Program-made: the position numbers and the translations under genes | The notes under the pieces: model-generated | Database searches by the model: none | Told to the model about the DNA's origin: nothing | What the model saw: the letters and a program-made list of their open reading frames with translations, nothing else | NCBI RefSeq assembly: GCF_000497125.1 | Contig: NC_090596.1 | Location: 372,001-436,000, forward strand | From: Spironucleus salmonicida | Lineage: Eukaryota | Reading direction: 5' to 3' | Length of the DNA: 64,000 bases | Shown here: positions 39,007 through 50,783 of the stretch, piece after piece | Layout: each line of letters begins with the position of its first letter | Position numbering within the stretch: position 1 is the stretch's first letter

Positions 39007-40419
39007 TCACTATACATTTTCAAAATCGATTTTTATAAGCTTTTTAAGATCTTTCATGCACCCAATTAAGTAGTCTAAATCTGATATTTTGTGGCTAGCG
39101 CTAACGCAAAATCGGAGTCGGCTACTTACTAAAGGTACAGCTGGAAAACCAACGACCACGGTAATTATGTTTCTTTTAATCAGATAATCCTAAATAAACT
39201 TCATTTTTGCGATATTATAAAACACAACTGGAATTACTGGTGAATCTATATCGCCGTAAACGGTTAAATTCAGTTTTTAGAGGGAGTTTCTGAGATAAAT
39301 TGAGTTCAATTTTAAATTATTAATTCGTTGTGGCGTTAAATTCTCAAAGGCTTAGAACACCTACTAAACACAAAGTGGTGATATCTTGGGATAAGCAAAA
39401 AAAGCTTATCTGACTTTAGAAATAATATTTTTCCCACCTGCAATATAGCCTCCAACTGAAGAAAATGATTTGGTAAATGTTCCCATAAGAATATCTATTT
39501 TTTAATGAGGAATACCAAAATACTCGCAAATACCTCTTCCAGTCGCTCCGACAGCACCAATTGAATGAGCTTCATCGACATAAAGTTTAATTGGATATAC
39601 TTCTTTAAGCTGCACCAGCTTCTAAAGGTCTACATAACACCCTTCCATTGAATATAGACCTTCCACAATTACCCATACAGAATTATAAGAGTCAAAGTCA
39701 ATTTACGTTAGAATTTCTTCTAAATGATCCATTTTATGACGAAAAACCATTAGTTTAGCACCAGAACGTTTGCATCCACTTACAATACTAGCATGGTTTA
39801 ATTTATCTGATATAATCAAATCATTAGATCCAATTATTGCAGGAATTCCTAATGCGTTAGTATCATAACCCATTGAATAAATTGCAGTATCTTCTTTATC
39901 CAAAAAACTACTCATTTTAGCCTCTAAATCCTTTAAGAGGTCGTAATATTAATCATTACCTAACCCGTACTGCCTTACTGTTTCTATTAATTTTTCAGTA
40001 AAGTCTATCCCTGCAAATCCTAGATAATTATAAGAACCAAAATTTAATTTATATCCACCCCTTATTTGAATAACTCGTCCAGGGGCTGAGAATACCTCTT
40101 TATGGAAGCAGCTTTTTATCCTTGCTAATGCTGCTACATTATAAATCTACTGAAATCCACTCAAAGTAGAATAATAGTTAGAGTCTAATTCATGTTTTAT
40201 ACCCATTGAGTAGTCCTCGATTTGATCTCCATACGACTCTCTAGCATTATTAATAATAAGCTTAGAGTCTCTAGTGAGCAAAAGACGCTTTGGAAGAAAA
40301 AATTTTCTCAGACTCTATACAACTATTTAACTCAGTAGTAGGAATGCAAAATTGAAGTATGTAATTATTTTTTAGCTCAAAGGTGGATTATCAAACTCAG
40401 AATTAAAATAGTTTTTCAT
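39007..40419 (-). CDS. LCB2: serine palmitoyltransferase subunit 2 (LCB2)
   Basis: NFGSYNYLGF, MGYDTN, SDKLNHASI, EGLYSMEG, DEAHSIG and GTFTKSF (PLP lysine). Confidence 0.95.
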
Positions 40420-40481
40420 TTATAAAGACACTAGGTAGTAACTCTACAGTCTACAAAGTGTGCAAAAACACGGGAAAACGC

Positions 40482-41255
40482 TCACTGCAAAACTACTCTT
40501 GCCAGTATTTTTTAGATATCAGGCTCGCCATTAAAGGCGTGTTACTGAAAACTACTCCCTACAATTTTTCCTTGCTCTAAATCAAAATAAAGTCCTTTCT
40601 GACCTTATCGTTCAACGCGAATCTAATAGTCATTCATTATATTAACACGCCATCCAAGCGTTTTTTCGGTCTGTTTCCGGAGCATCACAACATTTTCTTT
40701 GAAAACTTAAAGCTATCTAGCTGCTTGTATCTTGAAAAATTCAATTTCTGCGGCATCTTTTTCATGTTTTTGCTAATAATAAGTGACCTAATTCATCAAA
40801 TTCGTTACTTAGTTTGTAATTTCGTTTGGATGGACCTGCAGTAGGTAAGTAAGCTCTTATTCCAGCTAATTAGGCTATTATAGTAGTTAGTTTGCTTAGA
40901 AATCTTTAATTTAGTTTTCATATATTTAATTAGCCTCAAAAAGCTCTTAAATTTAGGCTTCGAATGTTACATTATTTGATACTTACTATATATCTAAACT
41001 AGATTATAGTATCTATTTTTAGAGCTATTCGGTCTGATTCTGATACTAAAAAACTTGCTACTGCAATTACTAAATCTATTGTTTTAATTATATGTTCTCA
41101 TTATTGATTTAGAGCATTTAAGTTTAATAGTTATCTACAGGGCCTGTTGACTGACCTAAAAACTGTAATAGATCAACTGTATTACCTCCACCCATAAAAT
41201 CTTTAAAATTTGATGTGTTTCCTTCTAACAGTCCAAACTCGTCTATATTTTACAT
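40482..41255 (-). CDS. coiled-coil protein with a Mad1-like C-terminal domain
   Basis: RQLQVFKENVVMLRKQTEKTLGWRVNI...IQKILARVVL resembles the Mad1 C-terminus. Confidence 0.5.
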
Positions 41256-41312
41256 TTAGTGTTGTAAATATTTAGTGGATAATTATATAATAATATATTA
41301 ATTTTTAAATTA

Positions 41313-41711
41313 ATGACGATTTAACTTTGGATGGTAAATAATTCTGGATCTTTGATGTATTCGTTTACCGACAAGTATCATGATAATTTTAGTGCAAATT
41401 TTCATTTAACAAATTCTTCATCGCTATCCACTATTTCAGCATTAGCAGCACAGTGTTCACCATTAGGAGGTTCCGGATTTACCCAGATAGAGACAACTGA
41501 AACACGTTGGATATGCTTCTCATCTCCTACTGGGATAAATTTTTTTCTGTGTACTAAAAAGAATATGCCTATTAATATTGCATAACGTAAAATATATGCT
41601 GTGTACAGATTTTATACTGTTTTCGTGCTTAGGAACCCGTTTTGCATTCCTGGCCAGACGATTAAGTGCTAGAAATTTGAGTAAAATGCGGAAAAAGTTC
41701 TTATGGAGTGA
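41313..41711 (+). CDS. TRS23: TRAPP small subunit, Trs23/TRAPPC4 (sybindin family)
   Basis: MVNNSGSLMY, CSPLGGSG, SPTGINF, VYRFYTVFVLRNPF and IKCQKF. Confidence 0.85.
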
Positions 41712-41720
41712 AGTTAGAAA

Positions 41721-42337
41721 ATGGTCATTCGTGTCTGAACGAAGAAGAATGTGATTAAGTTATATCAAACGAAATATTATGAGCTGTATACCTCTCAATA
41801 TGAATTTAATACATACAATATATATTAAATTCAATAAATTAACGATATTACCGGTCTAAAAATAATCAGTGAAGACGACTTCTGCCTCAAAATATTTGAC
41901 TCTCTAAATTTTACAAAATTTTCATTCCTGGAATTTAATAATGTAAAATTATCACAGATTCACAACTTATTTATGTTGCAAAACCTGAAAATTTTGTCTG
42001 TTAGTCAAATGAATTAACGAATTTAGAAGAGATTAAACCGATGATATGGCTACTTGGGTTAAATATTGCTCATAATCATCTCCAGTTTCTTCCAGATCTG
42101 ACTTAGCATAAACTAAAATTTTTCTAAGCGCAGAGTAATCCATTAAAGTATAAGACTTAACTTTTGCCAAATGATTCTCTCACAGGTAGCTAAATAAAAT
42201 TTTATGATTAGGTGCATGAATAGATATAAGGGTTCCCTATTTTAAGTTAAAATTAACGTATGTTATCGATGTTCAAGATCAAGTACATTTGCGATATTAT
42301 AGCAGAAATAGAACATATCATGACCTAGTTTGAGTGA
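41721..42337 (+). pseudogene. LRR pseudogene, paralog of 22894-23520
   Basis: TGA at codon 6, where the paralog has Trp, and a frameshift near 42006-42010. LRR ending LNIAHNHLQFLP...SNPLKYKT; ends in AGTGA. Confidence 0.7.
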
Positions 42338-42347
42338 AACGATTATC

Positions 42348-43538
42348 TCAGTGATTTTCCTGACTAAATAATTAAAGTCTAGACTTCAACTATGTATTTT
42401 CCTTCTAAAGTTTAGTGTTTTACTCTCTAAGAGTTTGAAGTTCTACTATAAAATTACTAAATAGTGATTATAACTATTGAATATCATTAGAAGCTAACTG
42501 ATCTAAAACTGGGACGTGTGGTTCTTCAATAATTGATACTTCTTTCATTTCTAATTCTTTAGGATCCTTGTCGTCAAAATCCCAGAAATCACTATCCGCC
42601 TAGGCACCATTACCTTAGAGAATTTAATTTGCGGCAGATACTTGTTCTTAAAATGCACCTTGTTTGATTGGTTTCAGAACACAGTATTCACTAACCATAT
42701 CTTAAATTTACTCCTCGGAAACTCTTTTCTACCAAAACTTCATTTCTAATAATTTAGCAGTAGTAGGGCGTTCCTTTGGGTCTTTCACTAAACAAGATTC
42801 AATAACTTCCTTTAACTATTTTGTGAAATTACGTTTCTAGGTACATTTAGGAGGGTCTTTTTATATAATTGCAATAAGAGCTTCCATTGCAGTAAGATTT
42901 TAATGAGGCAGCTGTCCATGTGCTAACTAATACATGCAAATTCCAAAAGACCAGATATCAGAAGATTGATCATAAAATTAATTATTTGCTATCTCAGGAG
43001 CCATATATAGTGGAGATCCTACGAATGTAGAACACTTAATTTGGTTAGAGAAAGGTCTGGCCATTGCTGCAACTCCAAAGTCAGCTAAAAAACATTCCCC
43101 GTTTGAGTCTAATAAGAAGTTTGATAACTTAACATCTCTATGTAGTTAGTTTTTATTATGAAGATAATGTAATGCCTATAAAACATCGTACATTATAGTA
43201 GATATTACTGCTTCTTCAAAGCCAATAGGTTAAAGAGTCTACAACATGTCTAGAACAGAAACCTTAAGCTACGGCATCACTAACCATAAGTAAGAAGAAT
43301 GAACAAAAGATTAGTATAAAGGGCATACATTTTTATGCTTACAAAGAGAAAGATTTTTAGTTTCAGATTATAAAGATTCTAAATCTTAAGCTGAGCGATC
43401 TAAATTAATAGCTTTTAATGCACAAGGTTTTTCTTTACCATTTACATCAGTATATATGGCTTTAAATACCATAGCTTATGTACCTTATCCTAACATAGCA
43501 GTGATAGTATAATTACTCGCAATCGGCTCAAACTCCAT
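42348..43538 (-). CDS. STE20-family Ser/Thr kinase (Fray/OSR1-like) with C-terminal coiled coil
   Basis: GQGTQA, ALK, HRDVKLSN, DFG, TFVGSPLYMAPE, DIWSFG and WDF. Confidence 0.92.
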
Positions 43539-43741
43539 TTGATTGTAGTGATAGTAAATTTAAAATATATAAAAGTAGTGATTTATTTTATAATTAAAAA
43601 TATAATATTATATAAATATATACTAACTGCATATTAAGTAAAAAGTATAATATTTTAAATAAATAATTTTATATTATTCTAAACAAAAAATCGAATAATA
43701 TATATATATATATATAATGTATTTATTATAATATATTTAAA

Positions 43742-45595
43742 ATGTCTGAATAAAGTGCTGAAAATCATCAGTTTGAGTGCTCACCTTAGTAGTCTTAAAA
43801 GGGCTTTAGAACAACAAGAAGATCAGCTTAATTAAATATGACTACTCCTATTGTTTTGAATACTTAAAGATTACTATAAGAACAATTTTTGAAGACAGCA
43901 GAGTTAGATCCATATAACCCGCTTCATCATCCATAAGATTTAGCATTATAAGGGAATGATGTTAGTCGAAATCTTACTGCTAATACTTAGCCACTTCTTA
44001 CAGAAGATGATGGAACTTCTGAGGCATAAGCATTACGCGAGTTAGAATAAATTTATATTAATGAGTTAAGAAAGGAGTTAGAATAGAATAGATCTTAGAA
44101 TTTTACTTATGAGTAAAAATAAAAAATATTCGAGGCGGCTTAAAAGCGTTTTGAACGTCTTGTTGTTTAAAATTCATAAATGGCTGCTATGATGACAAGT
44201 GATGTACCAGAGACTATATTTAAATTTCAGTAAAGATACAGTGATAAATAAGAACGATTTGAATAAGGCTATGCATAAATTATAGATAAACATGAATTTT
44301 TGAGTAAATAGATGGATGAAATGTTAAGATAAGCGTATGAGCTTACTAGAAAAGATGAAATAGAAAGAGAAGAGTATATCTAGAGCAACTTTTAAAAATG
44401 GACTGAATAAGCTATAGTTGCAGGCGAAAAAGTTTCGATAAAGTATTAGTAAATAGATTAGCGTGTCTAGCAAATTGAATTATAAATATAGTAGTATGCT
44501 AACGAAAGAAAAAATATGACACAAAAATAATTAGATGAGACTCTTACTAAGAAGGAAGTTATAGAAAATGAATATTAGTAGGCACTATATGATAGGTAAT
44601 AGATTAAAGAGTAATTAGAAGAAAAAGTTTTTAAAGGAAGAGACGAATAGTTTGATTAATATATTAAAATTAAATAAGAAGAGAATGAGAAAAAAGTATA
44701 AATTAAAGAAAAATGCGAATAACTTAAGATATAAGAAACAACTTTTAAACTTTTAAACTATGAACAAAAGCTAGGTAAATCATAATAGTAATTAGCAAAG
44801 ATTTAAGAAGAGAAAACCGAAATGAAGTAAAAACAAGCATAACTATTAAAGGCTCGTACAGAAAGAGCAAAATTGAGCTTATAATAATAAGAGGAGCAAC
44901 GTGACGAAATGAGAAAGTAAAGAGATCTTTAAGAAGATCAGCGCATGAGATAGAAATAGCTAGATGATGAATAGTAGAAAAAGCGCAAATCATTATAAGC
45001 TGATGTATCTCACTATAAAGAATAAGTGGTGACAAAAGCACAATTAACAGGTGCATTTGAAATCCCAGAGAAGATTGTAACTAAATCAACACCAAGCTCA
45101 ATTCTTGCTATGCCAAGAGAATAGGCTATGTAGATAATTGTTAATTTCGAAGATCAAAATAGAAAATAATTTTTACCTGAAAATATTCCTAAAACTCCTA
45201 ATAGTTAAGCAGGAACACCATCAATGCGCTTAAGAAAGCTTCCTACTGGGAGTCTTACACCTAAGCTCCCTGATGTACGCTCTTCATCGAGACCAAGAGA
45301 AGTATCATCAAATTCTCTTAAACGCATTAGTGATGCGAGTAATATTTATGCCAAAACTGAGGCTAAATTTGCTGTAAAAGAGAACGAAGTTATGATGAAA
45401 AGATAATATAATGAGTAGGTTGTAGAATTAGTTTAAGCTGAAAGAACCAGAGAAGAAGAAAGAAATTAATTTTTAATTTAAGAAAATGATGACGAAAAAA
45501 GAAAGGAGCTTGAAACAGTTTTTCAGTCAGAAAGAGATGAATTTGAGTAGAAACTCAAAACTATGGAGTAATACTATCAAAGTTAAGTTCAATGA
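43742..45595 (+). CDS. coiled-coil protein (617 aa)
   Basis: Open frame containing track ORF 45224-45406; rich in Q/E/K/R. Confidence 0.7.
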
Positions 45596-45656
45596 AACAT
45601 TTAATTTATTTTATATATTATTATATATAATATATTTAATATCAGTTATCCTCTAA

Positions 45657-46694
45657 ATGAGTTAAAAGATATCCCAGTTTATGGAAATAACAGGTGGTTC
45701 TATAAATTAGGCCAAGAAGTATTTGGAATTTTCTGCTAATGATCTTGATACTGCTATTATGTTGTATTTTGAATCAGGTGAAGCGCCTGAGTAGTAAACT
45801 TAACATATAGAACCAACTCCACCACCTCAGAAATTATAATAAATCAACGAACCAGCAAAGAAAGGTCTTTTTGGCTTCGGTAAGAAAAAAATAGAATAAC
45901 TTGAAGGTTCGAAGTAGGTCGATACAAAATCTGTGAATTAGTAATCTTCTTAATAACCGAGTACACAGCAATATACGAATATAAACTCTATTAATAGTTT
46001 ATCTGCTAAGGATACTAAGGAGAACAAACTATTCAATGGTGGTGGTGAAAAAAATTCAGGATCCAGCACTTAATTCTATTAGCCACCAACTGGTCCTTAT
46101 GAGCTACATATTGACTAATTTATTAATGGTTGTGTTGTTAAAGGCAAATTTTTTTCCTTTGAAAATCAAGAATATCGCTCTATATTTTAAGAATTATCAT
46201 AGACAGAGTAAGTTCCAAGAACACTATTTGAACATTTACCACTTCATGATAGACCGGCTGTAGATTAAGAGATACATGCTTCTATAGATAAACATGAAGT
46301 CAGTTTTGACCCTGAAAAGTTACAAAATAATGAAATTTTGGAGAAGAAGTTGGATTGGAATCCAAATGAAACTGGTAGAACATTAGGAAATAGACCAACG
46401 TCTAAGGTTCCATAATCTCACTCAGATTCTCCAGTAAATTTAGTTTTTTAGATCGATGACACTAATGGTGATTGTAAAGTGAGAATTAGAACAACATAAG
46501 TATTTACTGTTACTTTAGACTCGACAACTTTAGTATCAGATATGTTGAAAGGGTTATAAAAAAATGGTGGATTACCAGGTCTTAATAATTATTTATTAGC
46601 AAAGGTAAAGTTAGTTAGTGGCCAATAAGTGGTATTAAGTTAAACCATTGAATAGGCTGGTATAAAAGGTAGATAAGTTATGGTCGATTGGTGA
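45657..46694 (+). CDS. p47/Shp1-like Cdc48 cofactor (UBA-SEP-SHP-UBX)
   Basis: UBA-like ISQFMEITG...YLE..DLDTAIMLYF, SEP-like NGCVV, SHP box GRTLG and a UBX-like C-terminus. Confidence 0.8.
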
Positions 46695-46739
46695 ACTTAT
46701 ATTATTGTATTATAATTTTGTATATTAAATTGAACAAAA

Positions 46740-49700
46740 ATGATAAAGCTAAAACGGTCCCTAAATAAAATACTAAAGCATGTTAACACATCTGCGTTAA
46801 CTAAACTATTATTATATAATGAAAAACTATTTAATGTGACTACTTCTACACATTCGCTACAAATTGATGATAGTAAGTTATTTTTTACTTACATAGAGGA
46901 TGCGGAAGATATTTTATCTAATATATTTTCAGATCTTAAAAATTTATATTTAACTGCATAAGAAACAGAGATAACAGATATTATTAGAGATTATGCAGAT
47001 CTTTCATCTTTATCTGAAATAATATTTCAAGGGAATCATGTATATTTTCAAATGCTACTATAGGAGGTTATTTTTACTTAAACAAGGTTTGATGACGAAC
47101 AATATTTAACAAGTATCAGTTGTAGATTTTATAATGCAGATGCTGAAAAAATATCACAATGCTTATTTATACCGTCTATAGCATATAGAAAATAGGTGGA
47201 ACGTTTATCTATTAATTTTACACTTTCAAAATATGCAAAACATGCTCTAAATACTTATTCAGGACTTAAACAAATCACACTTACTATTACAGACGATAAT
47301 AATCATGTAGTTGATTTGCCATTCTCAGAAAATATGGAAAAATTCACATTAGTTAAGTAATTGATTAATACTTTTGAGATAATAGATATATATACATCTT
47401 ATCCTAATTTGATGTTCTTTTCTATTTCTTGCTCTATTGTTTAACATATTAATTTAAACTTTAGTAAGTAAGTTACTTAGTAATAATTATCTTCTAATCG
47501 ATTGAACTAAGATATTTAGTTTAAAAAGAACAAAGTTATTTAAATAATGCAATAAAAAGGGTGTTTGGAAATTTTTAAGTTCTTCTCGATTTCTGAAATC
47601 CCTGTTGATCTTTTTATTTTAATGACGTCAAACTAGCCAAAGATTCAAGAGATATTAATCAGTTCACAATTAGTATAGTCCAATTATACAGTATAAAACT
47701 TTGAAAAATTATAAAATTGGTTGAATCCAGATGTATTTAATAAGATTATTTAAATTTATAAATATGATAAATTTAAGGCAACAGAAAATCAATAAGAATA
47801 TAGGGTAGATGATGTTATTTTTGATATAAATCATTTTAATGAGGAGTATATACTTTAATAGAAGGCTACAAATTTAAAAGATTAGGTTTAAAAAACCTAA
47901 TGGAATATTCCTTCAAGATCATCTTTTGTTATTGATGAGAGCAACATTGATCATTATTTATATTAACAGCATGATTCTATATTCCACAGATCTATTAAAT
48001 CAATGGGAAAACCTCGAACAAATTCTCATACATTAATGTATGAAAAAATGATGCTATTAGCTGCCAATTAAAATAACAGTTCTAATACGGATTTAGAGTC
48101 AGAGTCAGAGTTTTATTCGTCGTCTTTCAATTCATCTTTATATTCTGAATCTAGTAGCTCAAGTTTAGTGTCACAAAGTATTAAATATGGTCGTAGAAAG
48201 ATTTCTTAGACAAATTTAAAACAAGTAAAATAAACGCCAGTTTTAGATGATAATTAAGTTCAAACTGTACGTAGAAGTTCATTTATTTAAGACAATCAGG
48301 ATATTTTAACAAACTGGACTATGGATACTAATATAGAAATACCTGTTTCAGAATCATTTGTTTCATATACAAAACCAACATTATATTAATAAATTGACTA
48401 ATCCATAATCAAAAAATCATACACTGAAAATGGAATTAGCTTAGATCAGTATATATCGGGTACTGAATTATAGGATGATTCATTAATTTAAGAAGAACCA
48501 TAGCATTTTGCCCACGATGACACAAGGTATTACTAGAAAAAGAATAAAAAAATACTAAAAAGATCTTGGTCTTCAATTCAGTTTTTTTCTATAGAAAAAA
48601 CTAAGCAACATTTTATATTTTAGAAAGGTGTATCACAATTTATAAATGTATATTTACGTAATGAAAAATAATCAATAATAAGATCTTTGTACTTATAACT
48701 ACCATTTTGTAAATTTAGCGAAATTAATTAAACAAAAGCGATTTTCAAGAAGCTTTTAGATAATTAATGTATAAGACAAGATAAAAGGGAAAAATATTGT
48801 TAAAAATCAGTTAAATAGCTAAAAGAGCTTATAAATGAGTAGGATATATTCTTTAATACAACGTAAATTGATGAAGATTTTGAGTTTTCAATGGTTTAAG
48901 ACTTTACATACGATGAACGTTAACATACATTGAGGGATGAAAAATAAGAATTTAAAGATTAATATTTCACATTTGATACTTTTTAGTAATAACTTTTTAA
49001 TAATTTCTATGATAAGTAAACTATGGATCCAATGAGAGTATAAAATTCTATCTTAAATGAAAATAATAAACAAGAACGTCATATGTCGATTATTCCTAAT
49101 GCCCATGTTTAAAATTTCCTTAGTATGAATTTGCCAGAAAAGATGTTCGGAATTACTTTAAATAAACATAAATTTTAGTTAAAAAATGATGAATAAGATG
49201 AAATAGCGATTTAAGAAATTGAGTAAAATACAACCGCTGTTCATATATCTATAATTTTATTTGTTATTGCGATACCATAAGGTACTAAAAAATTAATCTT
49301 GTTATAAGTACTTTTTACTGAATTTACATTCAATTTTTTAATCAATCATTTATCTTGTTTAGAAGAATTAGAATTGCAAGAATTGCCATTATTATCAAAT
49401 GCCACAACGTCCAGTCAGTCCATATAAAAATTAACTTTACTAGACCAAGGATATTTATCTATTTAAATTTTAGATTCACTATTCCCATGTTTAAATGATT
49501 TTTTCGGTGGTAATATTTTCTTAGATAATGATATTATCCATACGATGAATTTATAATTTATTAGCATTAGTTAAAGCAAGAATTTAAGCAAGAAGGCTTT
49601 ATAGTAATTTATTTAAGGAAATCAATTTACTTTGCAGTCATTAAGTTTGGATAACTGTCCAATCCCTTTTATTTAGTGCCAAATGAATAAACTAGAGACA

Positions 49701-49988
49701 CTTAATTGTAAAAATATTATATATTCTTATTCAGAATATTATATTAATAATTTAAGTTTAGGTCACCTTGATTTTTTGTAACTTATTATTTAAAGTCCAA
49801 ATATGTAAACTGCGTGTTATAATTAGATTACTCAACAATATTAAGGAGTATTTGATTACCAGAACTAATTCAATGTTATCAATACACATTATTGTAGCTA
49901 AATGGTGTCGGTTATCGTTGATTCACCTCTTGTCCAAGTTATCAAAAAATTTGTATCACGAGAATGTTTTATTTAGATTATGGAGTGA
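46740..49988 (+). CDS. large protein with degenerate LRR-like segments (1082 aa)
   Basis: LEELELQELPLL and LQSLSLDNCP; Ser-rich middle region; ends in AGTGA. Confidence 0.65.
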
Positions 49989-50030
49989 TTTTTATCTATA
50001 TTTAATTAGTATTTTTAGTTATTATTTTAA

Positions 50031-50399
50031 ATGGGTTGCGTTAACTCATAAAATATTGAAACCTTTTAACCAAAATAAAATATTTTACCACCATGGATGT
50101 AGGCTAATTATTGTGAATAAAAAGAACAACCTAGTTTACTATAAACAAATTTATCAGCAGAGTTCATTTAATAAAATGATAATAATTGTGAAAATATGTA
50201 AAAGTAGTTATTCGTAAGGGCACAGATAAACTCTAGAAATGGCTCAATTTAAACTTAAAAAATGAATTTATATGATTATTCAATAGATTAATCTGTTCAA
50301 TGGTAGCCAAGTCAAAGGGGAAGTTATAGTCAATCATTTCATCCAATTCAGACAGCATTAGACAGTACAATGTCTACTATCATGTAAGATATTGAATGA
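50031..50399 (+). CDS. small protein with an N-terminal MGC acylation motif
   Basis: Starts MGCVNSQ; 122 aa. Confidence 0.55.
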
Positions 50400-50510
50400 A
50401 TCATTATCCAAGATAACATGCAAAGTTTGGACTGATGTATGCAAGTTTATAGTTTTTTGAAAAAACTAATAAATATGATATTATTATATACAGTGAAATA
50501 CTAAGCAAAA

Positions 50511-50783
50511 ATGAGTGATAAAAAATTATTTAGAGTGACATCACCTGGATAGATAGCAGTTTATGATACACGATTTATATATGCTGAGCATATGGAATAT
50601 TTTTTAGCATAGGAGAAAACTTTTTTAAGTAAAGAGATTTAACAATTAGTGAAAAAAGAGTAGAAATATAAGGTTTAAAATGAATCATACAATAATAGTA
50701 AATCTACAAATTCTAAAGGTGAAAAATAAATGAATTAAGACTAAATATGTTAAATAGTAGGAAAATTTTTCAATCACTAGTGA
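50511..50783 (+). CDS. hypothetical protein (90 aa)
   Basis: Open frame ending CAC TAG TGA. Confidence 0.55.

Noticed and set aside
43699-43716. (TA)n run
   Set aside because: A short microsatellite is expected in an AT-rich divergent promoter.
49768-50217. 149-aa track ORF and similar Ile/Leu/Lys-rich track ORFs (e.g. 44745-45056, 54718-54945, 56301-56561)
   Set aside because: They are alternate-frame or antisense shadows of code-6 genes.
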